Shown in pieces: positions 31,911 to 46,354 of a stretch of 64,000 nt of DNA. The translations under genes were made by a program, and so were the position numbers. The stretch's first letter is position 1. Every line of letters begins with the position of its first letter. The notes beneath the pieces were generated by a model. That model had not been told where the DNA came from. It worked only from the letters and a program-made list of their open reading frames with translations, and made no database searches. Source of the stretch: the human T2T-CHM13v2.0 reference genome, Homo sapiens; the NCBI RefSeq assembly GCF_009914755.1, contig NC_060934.1, one strand, 5' to 3'.

Positions 31911-33011
31911 AAATCAGCAAGAAGAGAGCAACAGGGAAGGAAGGGAAGGTGGGAGTGGAGCTGCTGTTGAAGGAAGCTTCCCCAGGTCCCTGCCTGGGGC
32001 CTCCCTCTCCTGCATGCCTGTGTGTGCACTCACAACACCTACGCATGCACATACAAGGACACAGGTGTTCGCGAAAGTGCACACGTGTGCACTGACACCC
32101 ACCCCCTCAGGCACTGCCCGCAGAATCTGCACTGCTGGGTGTGTGGGTGTTGCCACGGTGACTGGTGCTGGAGCATCACCTTGTGGGTATTAATAGCTTC
32201 CCCTGAAGCCATCAAAACAGTGACTTCATCAGCCCCAGTCTCCCTGGCAGTTTCCTTCTTCCTCTTCCCTTCCAGGATGGGTCTGGGAAGGGTCTTCTGG
32301 ATCAGAGCCACCACCCAGGCACCCCACCCCTATGAGCTGCCTTGGGGAAGGATGGCAGGAAGGCCTCTGAGTTCTGCCCAAGGTCTGGGGGTAAGGAGAC
32401 TGCTGGCCTTCTTTAACCCTCTGAGCTGGGTCTACCCTAAGTCCCTGCCAGGGAGGAGTTGCTGGGGCACAGGACTCCTCAGAAGGGCCACGCTCAACTT
32501 CTCTGAGTCCTATGCAGCCACACCAACCTCCTCTAGGTCCCTTCCTGGCCAGAGACCTAGTTGACTCTAACAGTGGTGTCCCCTCTTCCAGTACAGAGCT
32601 CCCTGAAGTACTAGGGTGAAGGTAGAGAGGGGCCTAGGGCGTGAAATATAAGAGGACCTAATTCCCAGGCTCGCGCAAGTGCAAGCTTGGTATCTGCATG
32701 AACTTGAGAGTTGGCGCCTTCTTCAATTTTGCGCCAGGGATGCCTTGGCTACCTCATCCTATCCCAGCCCTATTGATACTCCCATCAGCTCCTCAACCCT
32801 CAGTTCCCTGCCTTTGTCCCTGACGCCTCTCACCTTCCTTTGGGACTCCCTGGGATCACGCTGCCCTGAACTGCAGAACCTGGGCTGCCTCTGGACTCAG
32901 GTGAGCATCCGCCTCTGGCCTTCACTTCCCTCCTTCCCTTTGACGTCTTCCTCTCTCCCCTGCTTTGCCCATAGCCCCAGGTCTAGGCCATGTGGGGCCT
33001 GTGACATCCCT

Positions 33012-33097
33012 TTGTCAGGCGCGGTGGCTCATGCCTGTAATCCCAGTACTTTGGGAGTCCGAGGCAGGTGGATCACCTGAGGTCAGCAGTTCAAGAC
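33012..33097 (+). mobile_element. Tailless 3'-truncated Alu (~85 nt) flanked by gacatccct
   Basis: Alu 5' part ending at agttcaagac with no A-tail; 9-bp direct repeat at 33003-33011 and 33095-33103. Confidence 0.8.
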
Positions 33098-34779
33098 ATC
33101 CCTGCTGTGCTCTACCTTTGGGGCCTCATCCCCTCCCCCATTCCCCTGCCCACACCAGGCTTCCCTGGAGCCACCGTCTGTAAATCCTAGCTAGGCCCTT
33201 GTACTTCAAACACACTCTAGCAGGATGAGTCTCAACTATGCAGAGTCCTCATATTTGTTCTAACTTGTGAAAGGCCTGATTCTAGTGGCCACTCACAGTG
33301 ACTTCATTCCGGCAGATTTCAGGGGGAATATAAGTGTGTGTGCTTGTATAGGTGTGAGTGTGTGAGATAGTGTAGCGGTGTGTTAGCACATGTGTGAGTG
33401 TGTTGCCATTAAGAGCCTGTGGATTTCTGATGCATGAGTCATTAGCTGGGAGTGAGCCTTGGGAAGATACTGCCCATAAATAAGACAGCCATCCCTGACC
33501 TGCTGTGGCCATCTGCAGCTGCCTGCACACGTGATCCTGGGCATCTGGGAGGCTGGAGGCCGGGTTCGGGGCTGCCTTTCCCTCCAGATTCCAGAGAGAC
33601 AGTGGCTGTCACAGATATTTCTAGCTTGCCTGGAGTCCCAGACATTTAAGGGTAGAATGCCTGGAATGGGGATGGAGAGAGGAGAGTAGGAGAGGAAAAT
33701 AAAGGGTGGTTCAGGAGGCTCTGCCCCCAGGGATCTCAGTGGAGCCTCCTGGCCCACAGTGGGAAGCATGCATTCCACAATTATTTTCTGAGAATCTGTC
33801 ACATGCCAGGCATTCCCCCAGTGGGTAAGGACACCCTGGTGAACACGACTGACCTGTGCTCTCCCCTCACAGAGCTTATGTTCTAGCAGGGAGGCAGAAG
33901 ATAAACGAGGAAAGGCTACTTGTAAACAAGTTCCATATAAAAGCTATGATGAAAATAAAATGGAATATTGTGGAAAGTGACTGACAGTGGAGGGGGTCCT
34001 TTAGTTGGGGCAGTCAGGGAATGTCAGGACACGAATTGTGCCTAGATAATGAGGAGCTGCCAAATGGAGACTTGGGGGAAGAACCTTTATTACAGAAAAG
34101 GATACATGAGATGTCCCCCTGCCCACCCATGTCTTCACTGGACTCTGGATCTGAGTTGCTGAAGCCAGAGCAGGGAGCTAGAGATGACTTAGAGGAGCAG
34201 GAAGTCTGATTCCCTGGGGGGAACCTTGGAACATCTTCCATCCCTGATAGACCAGGAGAGATGCCCCGGGTCCAGGAAGGAGAAGAATGACTTCTGTTTC
34301 CCTTCCTGAAGGCTTCTTGGTGCAGTGTTGAGCTACAGGAAGGCACTAGCCACATGAGCAGGGCCCTTGCTGAAACCCCCTTCCTCCAGGAAGCCTTCTT
34401 TGACTGCCATAGGCTGCAGAGGCTCCTCTCCCCCACCTTGTTATAGCTAACAGAACCACTCAGTTCAGAGCTGGTGGTCTTCTGATGATCTGTCCCGGAG
34501 ATCTGTTCCCTCAGCTTGGCCAGAGCTCCAGGCTTGTGAGTCTGGTCCGCGGGCATTCAAAGGCCCTCAGTGGCATCTGTGCATCAGTGAGACTGCCCGG
34601 GGTTCCTGCTCTGAACCCTTGCCCTAGTGCCCCTAGCCTGGCTGAGAACGGAGGGTCAAGTGCCGGGGTTCTAATCTCAATTACTTTATCCAAGCATCCG
34701 CTCGCTCATTTACATGTTTCCCTGGGCTCTCCACTCTGCGCCAGGCCCGGTACCTGGAGCTAGGGAAACCGAACATTAG

Positions 34780-35980
34780 TGCTGGCTCGCCCGCCCCCGC
34801 ATCCGGGGAGCTCGGCGTTCTCGCGGCCCTGCTCCCCTTGTTTTCAAGTGCAAGTTCCATGTTTCCGTGCTGGGAATAAGGCCAGCCCCGGGTGCCACCA
34901 TACTCGCCTGATGTCTTACCCCGACCCGCGCCGCCGAGAGCTTGCGGCTACGGGAACGCGGCGCGCCCCGGGGCCACATCTGGCCTAGCGGGCGCGCGCG
35001 TGTCACTAAGACGCTCATTCACCGGCGCAGCTGTCACCATAACAACCGGAGCGAGGGAATCCTGGAGACTGCCGGGGCGGGGGGCGGGGGCGGCGGTCGC
35101 AGGAGGGACCCGGCGCGGGCGGGACCGCGGCGGTCGGGGGACACCAGCTGCGTCGGAGCGCCCAGAACGCCCCGCGCTCCGCCGAGCCCCGCTCCACGCA
35201 GACCCGCGGGCGGGAGGGAGCCACGCACATCGCCGCCGCGGCCGTCTCCGCGGGGCGGTAACCGAGCCTGCCTCGGAGCCGCCGAACGCCCACGCCAGCG
35301 ACCCTGACTCTATGGCCCCGGGGGAGCGCGCCGGAGCCGCCGCGCCGCCCACCCCCAGCCGGAACCCTAGCGTCCCGGGGAGCAAGCGGGGAGCCCCGGG
35401 CGTCCCCGGCCCCGGCCCAGGGCCCTGCTTGTGGCCCCCGCTCCCGCCACGGGGCATGGGAGGCAGGTAGCCCAGCTCGCGCCAGGACACCCGTGGCGGG
35501 CGGAACCCGCCAAGGACCGCGAAGTCCAGAGAAAGGAAGCTGAGGAGCTGCCCGCCCGCCCCCGGCTGCAGCCCCAGCAGGGCCCTCCCCCGGTGGCGCG
35601 CACCCGCGCGCGCACACTCGCACACCGCACCTCAGCTCCTGCCCGGCCTCGCCCCCACCCGCGAGCGCCGAACCTCCTGGGGCCGGATGCCATGGGTAAC
35701 AACTTCTCCAGTATCCCCTCGCTGCCCCGAGGAAACCCGAGCCGCGCGCCGCGGGGCCACCCCCAGAACCTCAAAGGTAGGCTCCCCGGCCGAGCGCTGC
35801 TGGAGGACTGGGGCGCAGGTGGAGGGCCAGGGAGGTGTGGTTGGGGAGGGCGGGCAGACGCCACCTGTTGTGCGTGTCTGGAGGCCGGAGATGCACCTCT
35901 GGCCGTGGAGTGGGCTGGGGGTGGAGGGCAGCCGGCGATGATGGTGATGGAGGATGGCGTCCCGCGGGGTCTGCGCAGTT
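34780..35980 (+). promoter_or_regulatory. NEURL1: NEURL1 CpG-island promoter / exon 1 region
   Basis: Very high GC and CpG density; GC boxes ggggcggggggcgggggcgg at 35074-35093; E-box CAGCTG 35028-35033; X-box-like GTCACCATAACAAC 35033-35046; no obvious TATA box. Confidence 0.9.
35692..35776 (+). CDS. NEURL1: Neuralized E3 ubiquitin ligase 1, coding exon 1 (28 codons + 1 nt); remaining exons beyond the right edge
   Basis: gccATGg Kozak; [28 protein letters not shown], recognised NEURL1 N-terminus with MGxxxS myristoylation motif; donor AAG|gtaggc. Confidence 0.93.
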
Positions 35981-37064
35981 CTGTCTGCTGGCACTGGGAA
36001 CGTCACTGGAGTCCCCTCAGGCCATGGTCTTAGGCGAGCCTGAAGAGATGGGAAAGGATGTTTGCCAGGTCGATAGGGGAGTGGGGAGTGAGGAGGGAAG
36101 CTTGGGTCGTCCGTCTCCAGGGAGGCACCTCGATGGGTCTCCTTTCCATCGGCCCTAGGGCTGGAGAGACCAGGCTGGGAGCACTAGTTGCATTTCCAAT
36201 GGGAGGGTTTTAAAAATTCAGGACAGGATTACAGCAGCCTGGAAGAAAGGGTCAGAGCTGCTGGTTCCTGGGGTCCTTTGCAGCCGTTGGGTTTTTGCAT
36301 CCATTGAATTAGTTTGATTTCTGGTTTTCCCAAAGACCAGATATCCAGTCAGAGCCCTAGAAAAGAGGGTCTGGGAGCCTTGAAACAGAGGGACATTTAC
36401 TAGGAATGTCTTTGCTCTTCACCTCCCCAGATCCACTCAGCACCCTCAGGGTGGCCCTAGGCCCAGTCTCCCCATTCGGAGCCTGCCATTCCTGTCTTGG
36501 ATCTTCCAATGCTGTCTCTGACCTTTGGAAGACACTGCTGGGTCCTCCCGGGCCCTCAGACCCTACTAAATTCCTTCCGGAAGGTGCTTTTCTGTCACCT
36601 CAGAACCAGTGGCACTTGTCCTGGGCATGATGGCTAAAAGCCAGGAAGGGAAGCCCTTGGGCTTTCACAAAGAATACCCCACTTCCTAAGCTCCTCAGGT
36701 TATGAGAAGGATAACAATAGTGCCCTTTAACACAAGGCATCGAACTTTCTCAAACACATTTTCAGTGAGCATGGACACTGCTTGGGGTAGTCAGCAGAGC
36801 AGAGCTAATCACACTATACCCATTTTACAGATGAGGAGAACCAAGGCTTGCTTCAGGTTCCCAAAGCCAGCCAGACCTCGGCGCTAGGTGCTAGGCTGTA
36901 GACCCCTATCTTTTGACTTGGAATTCTGTCCCTTCTTTTGCTGAACAGTTAACTTTTAAGACCAGGGAAGAGGAGGAGAGATAGGACCACTGTCCTGCAT
37001 TCTAATACTCCAGCTCTTTCAGAACTTCAGCTTTCACTTGGCTCAGGAAAATCAGTGGATTTGT

Positions 37065-37900
<836 letters not shown>

Positions 37901-39529
37901 AGCTATCAGTGTTAGCAAGTATGAAGACTGTTTCTGAGCATTGGAAACAGATTCCTAATGAACCTATGAATATCGTTCAGCTCAACCTTCTCTGCAAGTG
38001 AGAATAATGAGGGAAAAGAATAATTATTTGCCCAAATTAAAGTGGCAAAACTTGGCCCTGTCCTTCAGGGGGCAAGGGTTAGCTGGGGGCAGGGGTTAGT
38101 TGGCCCTTAATATTCACAGACTATCTTCCTGAGAAGGTCTTGCTCCATCCTTGACTCTGTGGAAACCCAGAGAGCTCCCAACTAATTGCATCTTTTTAAT
38201 CTAAAATTTGGAATTGTGGGGATCTGAGGTCTCTGTGGCTAGGGTCTTTGGCAGAAGGCAGGAGTGGGGGCCCCATCCACACACCACTGTAGGTGACCAT
38301 GGGAATTTTGATCCCGCTCCTACTAAGCCTGAAATGAAGGACAGAAGGTACCCATGAAGGCCGCCAGTTGTTGGCTCTGTCCTTCACCCAAGGTCCACTG
38401 ATCCTCCTTCTCAGCTTGACTTCTAAGGACTTCTTCCCGTCTTTCTACCCTAATAGAGCCATCACCTTTATTCTGTAATTGTTTAGTGTTTATTCCCAAT
38501 TCTCTTCTAAATGTATCAGCATTGACCTACGAGTCTTCTCTGGTATATCAGTGGTCAGCCAGAAGTTCATTCTAATTGTGTTGGTGTTGACCTGATAGGC
38601 TGTGATGCTAACTGCCTAGCCAGAGTTCTGCTGGGATGGCGTCTGTACTCAGCTTGAATTCATCTCTAATTCTTGTCAGTGCTCATCCAGAAATTTGCTG
38701 GGAGTAGGGGTGGAGTGACTGTCTTGATTTTTTTCTCTCCTTACATAATTTCAGTCTCTTGATTCCTCACCATTTTAATTAAAACAACTGGAAGGGACCT
38801 GGTATAATGGGGATCCTGGGACTGATTGGAGATCTAAGATTGGTCTGGCTGTTAGGCTGACATGACATGGGACATGGGACCCCACCATCGCCTCTCGGGT
38901 GATAGACTTTGGTCTTCTTCCTGGGAACACACTGACCCCACTCTGCTGCTGGTGATTCCCACTGGGTTCTGAACAGCGTTGGTCTAGGAGTGTTCAGGGG
39001 AGAGGTCCACGGTGTAGCTCTGGGCTTAGAACCAACAGGCAGTGCCCGAGGAGCTCCCATGTGCCCAGCTCAGAGATAAGACACCCCTGGGCTTTCCCAG
39101 GCTGGAGATCTACTCAAAAGGCATGGATGAGGGAGTGAATGGAATCAAGTGTTTGCTTGGTTGTACTGTCGAAACCCAGATATGTGGGCAGAGGTCAGAC
39201 AAGGGGTATCAGGGGAGGATCTGAGCTGGACATGGAGGGAACTGCAGGAACTGGACAGAAAGCAAGGGATGCAGCAGAGTCCTAGGGTGTGGAAGAAGGG
39301 GGAAAGGCACTGACAGTAAAGGCTTGGAGGGGCTTGAGCGTATATCTATATATTACATGAAATAGAAAGTATATGTATATGGAAGTTATGTATATATTTT
39401 CAGTGAGGGGCACAGAGTGACTGGGGTAGGGTGCACAGGAGGTTCATGCCTCTTGGAGAAAAATACAAAGAATAAAGATTTTCCTCCTTGCCCAGGTCTT
39501 TCTGAGTGCCTGACTGGATGGGCTACCTC

Positions 39530-39828
39530 CTTTTATTTTTTATTTTTGAGACGGAGTCTCGCTCTGTCGCCCAGGCTGGAGTGCAGTGGCGCGATCTCGG
39601 CTCACTGCAAGCTCTGCCTCCCGGGTTCACGCCTTCTCCCGCCTCAGCCTCCCGAGTAGCTGGGACTACAGGCGCCCGCCACCGCGCCCGGCTAATTTTT
39701 TGTATTTTTAGTAGAGATGGAGTTTCACCGTGTTAACCAGGATGGTCTCGATCTCCTGACCTTGTGATCCGCCCGCCTCGGCCTCCCAAAGTGCTGGGAT
39801 TACAGGTGTGAGCCACCGCGCCAGGCCC
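39530..39828 (-). mobile_element. AluY-like
   Basis: gcaagctctgcctcccgggttcacgcc and caccgtgtta.ccaggatggtctcgatc diagnostics; CpG-rich. Confidence 0.93.
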
Positions 39829-39829
39829 A

Positions 39830-40362
39830 TTTTTTTTTATTGTAAAATTTATATAACCTGAAATTTACCATTTTAAAATGTATAATTCAGTGGCATTTAG
39901 TACATTTACAATATTGTACAACCACCGCCTCTACCTAATTCCAGAATATTTTTATCATCCCAAAAGGAAATGCCATGCCCATTAAGCAGTCACTCCTGTT
40001 ACCCTCTCCCCTGAATCCCTGGAAACCACGAATCTACTCTTTGTCTGTATGGACTCGCCTATTCCAGGCATTTAATATACATGGAAGGATACAATATTTG
40101 TCCTTTTGTGTCAAGCGTCTTTTACTTAGCATAATCTTTTCAAGTTTCATCCATGTTGTAGCGTGCACCTTTTTTCCTTTTGTGGTTGAATAATATTCTA
40201 TTGTAAGAGTATGCCACATTTCACTTATCCATTCATCAGTTGGTGGACTTTAGGATGTTTCTACCTTTTGGTTTTCATGAATAATGCTGCTATGAACATC
40301 TGTGTCTAAGTCTTTGTTTGAACACCTGTTTTCGGTTCTTCTGGGTATACACCTAAGAGTAC
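39830..40362 (-). mobile_element. L1MB-like 3' UTR
   Basis: aattcagtggcatttagtacatttaca...ttcaagtttcatccatgttgtagc...aataatgctgctatgaacat. Confidence 0.85.
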
Positions 40363-40676
40363 ACCTCCCATCTTTCAAAAGGTGGTGCTTCTTGAATTGG
40401 ATACTTCACAAAGTCACTGGTTGTGACAGTTGTAGGAAGGCCGTCCCCCTCCAGCTCTGGCTGGGTGTGACGCCAGCGAGACACCTGTTGTTTTCAGTCT
40501 CTTTTCTATGATGGCTGAGGCTGCTGGGGGGCTGAAGGAGAAGCTGCAAAGGTTGACTAAGGGTCTTGATTCTTGTGGTGGGCCAGAGTGTCTGTAGACC
40601 CTGAATTTCCTCACTACTCTCTGGGGATGAGAGCAGGGGCAGGGGAAGGCTCATCCTTGGACAAGGTCTTAGCTAT

Positions 40677-41058
40677 TTTTCTTTCTCTCCCTCCCTCCCT
40701 CCTTCCCTCCCTTCCTTCCTTCCTTCTCTTCTTCCCTCCTTCCTTCCTTCCTTCTTTCCTTCCCTTCCTTCCTCCTTCCCTTCCTTCTTTTCTTTTCTTT
40801 TCTTTTCTTTCAGCTGGAGTGCAGTGGTGGATCTTGGCTCATTGAAGCCTCAACCTCCTGGGCTCAAGTGATCCTCCTGCCTCAGCCTCCCAAGTAGCTG
40901 GGACCACAGGCACACGCCACCACTCCTGGCTTATTTCTGTAGGTTTTTTTTTAAGAGATGGCATCTTGCCATGTTGCCCAGGATGGTCTGGAACTCCTGG
41001 ACTCAAGCAGACCTCCTGCCTTGGCCTCCCAAAATGCTGGGGCCACTGTGCTCAGCCT
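40677..41058 (-). mobile_element. AluJ-like with expanded (CCTT)n tail (40677-40810)
   Basis: Polypyrimidine tract followed by reverse Alu consensus. Confidence 0.85.
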
Positions 41059-41509
41059 CTAGCCATTTTTCTGCATTCACATTCTCGCTGCTACTTCCCC
41101 TATCTGAGTCCTCATCCCAGATATTGCCACAGCTGCCATCCTAATTGGCTTCTCTGCCTCCGGTCCCTCCTTCGATGCTGCCGGAGTGATTCTCCCAAAG
41201 TACTATCTTCATCATACCCTTCCCCGCTTCAGTCACCATAATGGGATATTCAAGGTCTCCATTCTTTGGTCAACCCACAGATCTTCCCTCAGCTCTTGTC
41301 TGGGCTCCTTCCTTGGTTGTCATGACGCTTGCAGATTAGGTGAGCTCATCCAGCTCTCCACCCCCGGGAATGCAGCAGACGGATCTAGGGGGTGCCTGGT
41401 GGCCTCCTCAGAGTGACTGGCTGCGTCAGCCCCGTGTTGAACCCAGAGCACCCATCCTGCATGCCCTGTTGGTTTTCAGTTCGGTTTTACCTTTGAACCC
41501 TGTTATGTT

Positions 41510-41745
41510 AATTATCATAATAATATTTACAATAGCTACCATGCACTGGGTGGTTACTTTGTACCAAGTTCTTATATGTGGATTATTTCCATTAATACCC
41601 TCCCAACAACCTACAGAAGGAGGTAGCATTGTCACTGTTTTACAGATGGGGGAAAAGGGGCTAAGAGAGGTTAAGTAACTTATCCCAGTCCACACAGTTA
41701 GAAACTGATGGGGCTGGGATTCAAAGCCAGGGCTCTCAGACTTTA
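41510..41745 (-). mobile_element. MIR
   Basis: caacaacctac...gttttacagatgggg...agaggttaagtaacttatcc...gggattcaaagcc. Confidence 0.8.
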
Positions 41746-42915
41746 GAGTTTATTATTGTGATCGCTGTATTATCCTGCCCCTGTAGCATTTAGCCTTGGG
41801 TGGGCTCTGTCTTTCATTGTGGGAGAGAGATGGGGGAGTAATTTTTGCGTCTCTGGACAGAGCCCCAGGGCCGGGAAAGGGCACACAATGGGGTTCTTGA
41901 TGCTTTCTCCCTTGGCTAACCAGAAGATCAGGAGGGCTGTGCTAGTCTGGAATTCCCAGCCTCCTCCCCCTTACGCTTTCTTCGGGGTTTTAGACACTTT
42001 GGAGGAAACTTGTGGTTCTTTGGGGCCAGTGTTTCTCAGAGTGAGGTTTTTCTACTGCCTGCATCAGCATTAGCTGGAAGCATGTATACCATGCAGGTTC
42101 CCAGCCCCCAGCTCAGACCCGCTGACTCAGAATATATTGGGGATGGGACCCTCAAACCTGCGTGTTTAACAGGGTCCTCAAGATCTGAGAACTGTTGTGA
42201 CTCTGGGGCCTCAGAACAGTCCTACTCTTGCATGCTTGGAGGAGGTGGGACCAGGCTCCTCAGAGGAGGAGAGCCCAGAGTTGGATGGGGGAGATTTGGA
42301 GGGGAGCTAGAAAGGTGTCTTGGTGAGTGGGCTGGCAGCAAAGGCACAGAGGCAGAGAAACACAGGGTGTGTTCAGGGATGGTGAGCAGTCCTCTTGCCT
42401 GGATGTGGGGTCCCCAGTGGGGAGGTTAACAGGTCAATCTTTGAAGGTAGGCTAGGGTCATATCTTGGAGGGCCTATGATATTAGGACGAGGAGGTTAGA
42501 TTTTATCCTGTAGGCATTGGGAGCCATGGACAGCTTTTGAGCAAGATGCATGTAGTGATTTTATTTCAACAGCACCAACAGTGGTGGAAGGCAGGCTGGG
42601 GAGAGGAGGAGATGAGGCATCTTGAGCTGCTGAGAGGTTCACAGAGGCTGTCAGCCTTCTGTTCTAGGCCACGCTGAAAGGGCTGGGCGTGACAGCCAAG
42701 CTGACCTGCTCATCTGGAGTTCCCATGGGCAAGTCTGAAAGCATTTCCAACCCACAGCTATGGGCAGCAGGACCACTGCTCATAGGCAGGAAAAAAAAAC
42801 AACAAAAACCAGCAATGAAAGGATTTTTAAGAAGCCCAAGTTCTGATGCTAGGTGTATTCATGTAAATAAATTCATTTAATCTCCCCATAAAGGAGAGGT
42901 AGGTATTATTCCCAC

Positions 42916-43380
<465 letters not shown>

Positions 43381-43570
43381 CTTATTATTCCCATTTTATA
43401 CACGAGACAGCTGAGATTAATGGATGTGAAGAGTGCTGCCCAGAAACACTGAGCTAGGAAAGAGCAGGGCTGGGATCTCTACTCAGGACACCAAAGCTGA
43501 TCAGCGAGGAAACTGATCTTGGGGGGAATTTCTCCATATTAGGACTCTTTTCCTGGGCCCTCTGGGATGG

Positions 43571-43967
43571 TGTCTTAGTCGGCTTGTTCTGCCATAACAA
43601 AATACTACAGACTGGATGGCTTAAACAATGGAAATGCATTTTCTCAGAGTCCTGGAGGCTGGAAGTCTGAGATCAAGGTGCCAGCACTGTCAGGTTCCAT
43701 TGAGGGCCCTCTTCCTGGCTTTCAGGTGGCTCCTTCTTGCTGTGGCCTCACATGGCCTGTCCTTGGTGTGTGCATATGGAACGAGAACGATCTTTCTCTC
43801 TTCCTCTTATTATAAAGCCGCTAATCCTATCAGATCAGGACCTCACCCCTCTGACCTCATTTAACTTAATTACCTCCTAAAGACCCTATCTCCAAATATA
43901 GTCATATTGGGCATTAGGGTTTCAATATATGAATATTGAGGGGGCGGGTAAAATTCAGTCCATAGCA
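43571..43967 (-). mobile_element. MLT1A-like MaLR solo LTR
   Basis: tgtcttagtc...gccataacaaaatactacagactgg...ctggaggctggaagtctgagatcaagg...aattcagtccatagca. Confidence 0.85.
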
Positions 43968-45102
43968 GATGGCATGTGCTCACTTCCAAGGTGCGCACAG
44001 TGAGGCACAGGCATTGGTTCTAAATCACAGAGCCCAAGATGGAGGCAGGACGAGCAAAAGCAGTAAGAAAAGGAGGAAGAGTGAGGATAGGAAGGAGGGT
44101 GGGAGCTGGGCACTGCCCAGGGTGTGCCAGGGCCGCCTGTTTCCTGTTAGTTTGTGCCTGTCTCATTCCTGGACCTGCACACCCAGGGGCTAGAACTGAG
44201 GGGCTGCTTCACGCTGAGCCGGTTGCTTTGGCAACCCTGGGCAGGATGCAAGTGGTCTCCTTGGTAACGCCTGGGAAACCTGCCTCAGGGATGGAGGGAA
44301 GTGAACTGGCCAGCATCAGGCTCGGTGGCACAGGCAGAACTGGCCCTGGCTGCTGAGACAAGCTGGCCGATAGGAGGGCCAGCTTCCCAAATAGCCTGGG
44401 CCGCCTTTTGGCCATTTCCAGCAAGCCAGAGTCGAAAGGCCCTGTGGAGCCTGTGGGTCCCGCCTGGCCAGACCAGAGGCGCTAATGGGCCAGCCCAGGA
44501 AGTGGGAGGTGGTGAGGGGCTGGGGAGAGGGAGAATATAGCTTCTGGATGACAGATCCAGCTCCAGAGTTTATTAAAAGATGCTTATCAGGAGTCATCCC
44601 CCGGATGGCTTTGGGAAATGAGCAGGTGTTGACACTTGTAGGGGGTAAGAGGGCAGAACTTAGAGAAAAAGAAGGGCTAAGAGAAGAGGAGGAGGAATAA
44701 GCAGGAGTCACTGGGAGGCAGGTGGGAGGCCTTGGCTTTTTCTCTGCTCTAGTGACAGTTCCAAGGGGAGGTGGGGCTCTGGCACTGGGCTTGGGAACTG
44801 AAGTTCTCTGAGGATGAGAGTTGGGGTTTGTGGGATGCACTGATGGGGAGGGTAAGAGGTAGGTGGGAGAGCTCATTTCATTGTTAAACTAAGCATCAGC
44901 TGAGGGCCATCAGCCGTGGGCTAGACACCTTCCTGGGCACGCCGATACGGTGAGAAATGCAATAGGTGAGTGCTCACCACTTCCAGCTTACCCTTTAGTG
45001 GGAAGGCAGATGGGAACAAAAATGACAAATGCATAAAAATGAATCTGGAGATCACAATTGCTAACATATATGTGCTAGAGCTCATGCTGTGCTCCCCCCG
45101 GC

Positions 45103-45597
<495 letters not shown>

Positions 45598-45980
45598 TGT
45601 TGTCATGTTTTCTTAGTCTCCCTCCTCTTGGTTGTGACAATTTCTCACACTTTCCTTGCTTTTGATGACCTTGACAGTTTTGAGGATTACTGGTTACGTA
45701 TTTGTAGACTGTCTCTCTATTGGGATTTTTGTGGTGTTCTTCTCATGATTAGATTGCGGTTTTAGGTTTTGGAGTGAAAGACCACAGAGGTAAAGTGCCA
45801 TTTCCCATCATATCAACGGCACATGCTGTCAACATGACTCATTGCTGTTGATGTTGACCTTGAGCGCCTGGCTGAGGGAGTGCTTGTCAGGTCTCTCCAT
45901 TGTGCAGTTAAAGTTACACTTTCCTCCCTTTCTATTGCATTCTTTGGAAGGAAGTCACTGTGTGCAGCCCACACTTAAGC
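45598..45980 (-). mobile_element. L1MC-like 3' remnant
   Basis: gatgaccttgacagttttgagg...accacagaggtaaagtgccattt...ttggaaggaagtcactgtgtgcagcccacacttaag. Confidence 0.75.
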
Positions 45981-46354
45981 GGTGGGGGGGTTACGCTCCA
46001 CAGGGGTGGGTGTTTACGTTCCACCTCCTGGAGGCCAGAGGCCCCGCTATCTTTAACAGTTCTTCTCCACTACTTCTTTAATTTCTTACCCAAACAATTA
46101 TCTCTGGGTAAAGGCTTTGAAGGAGAAACTAGGGAGCTATAAGGGGGGAACTTGACTTGGTCTTGGGGATCAGGGAAGGTTTCTCTAGGAAGTGACCTGA
46201 AAATGAGTAGGGGTTGGCCTCAGTTCCTAGATGGGAAGCTACTAGCACGTTAGGCGAGAACTGTTCATTTCTCATCCTTGGCCTCTGCCGATTAAATGCC
46301 ACTGGCCGCTCCAAATGCCAATGTGCCATTAAAAAAATAATAGCTCTCCTGTAT

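Noticed and set aside
34892-36158. Multiple 100-225 aa ORFs on both strands of the CpG island
   Set aside because: Stop-codon depletion from extreme GC content; Ala/Gly/Pro/Arg-rich with no domain.
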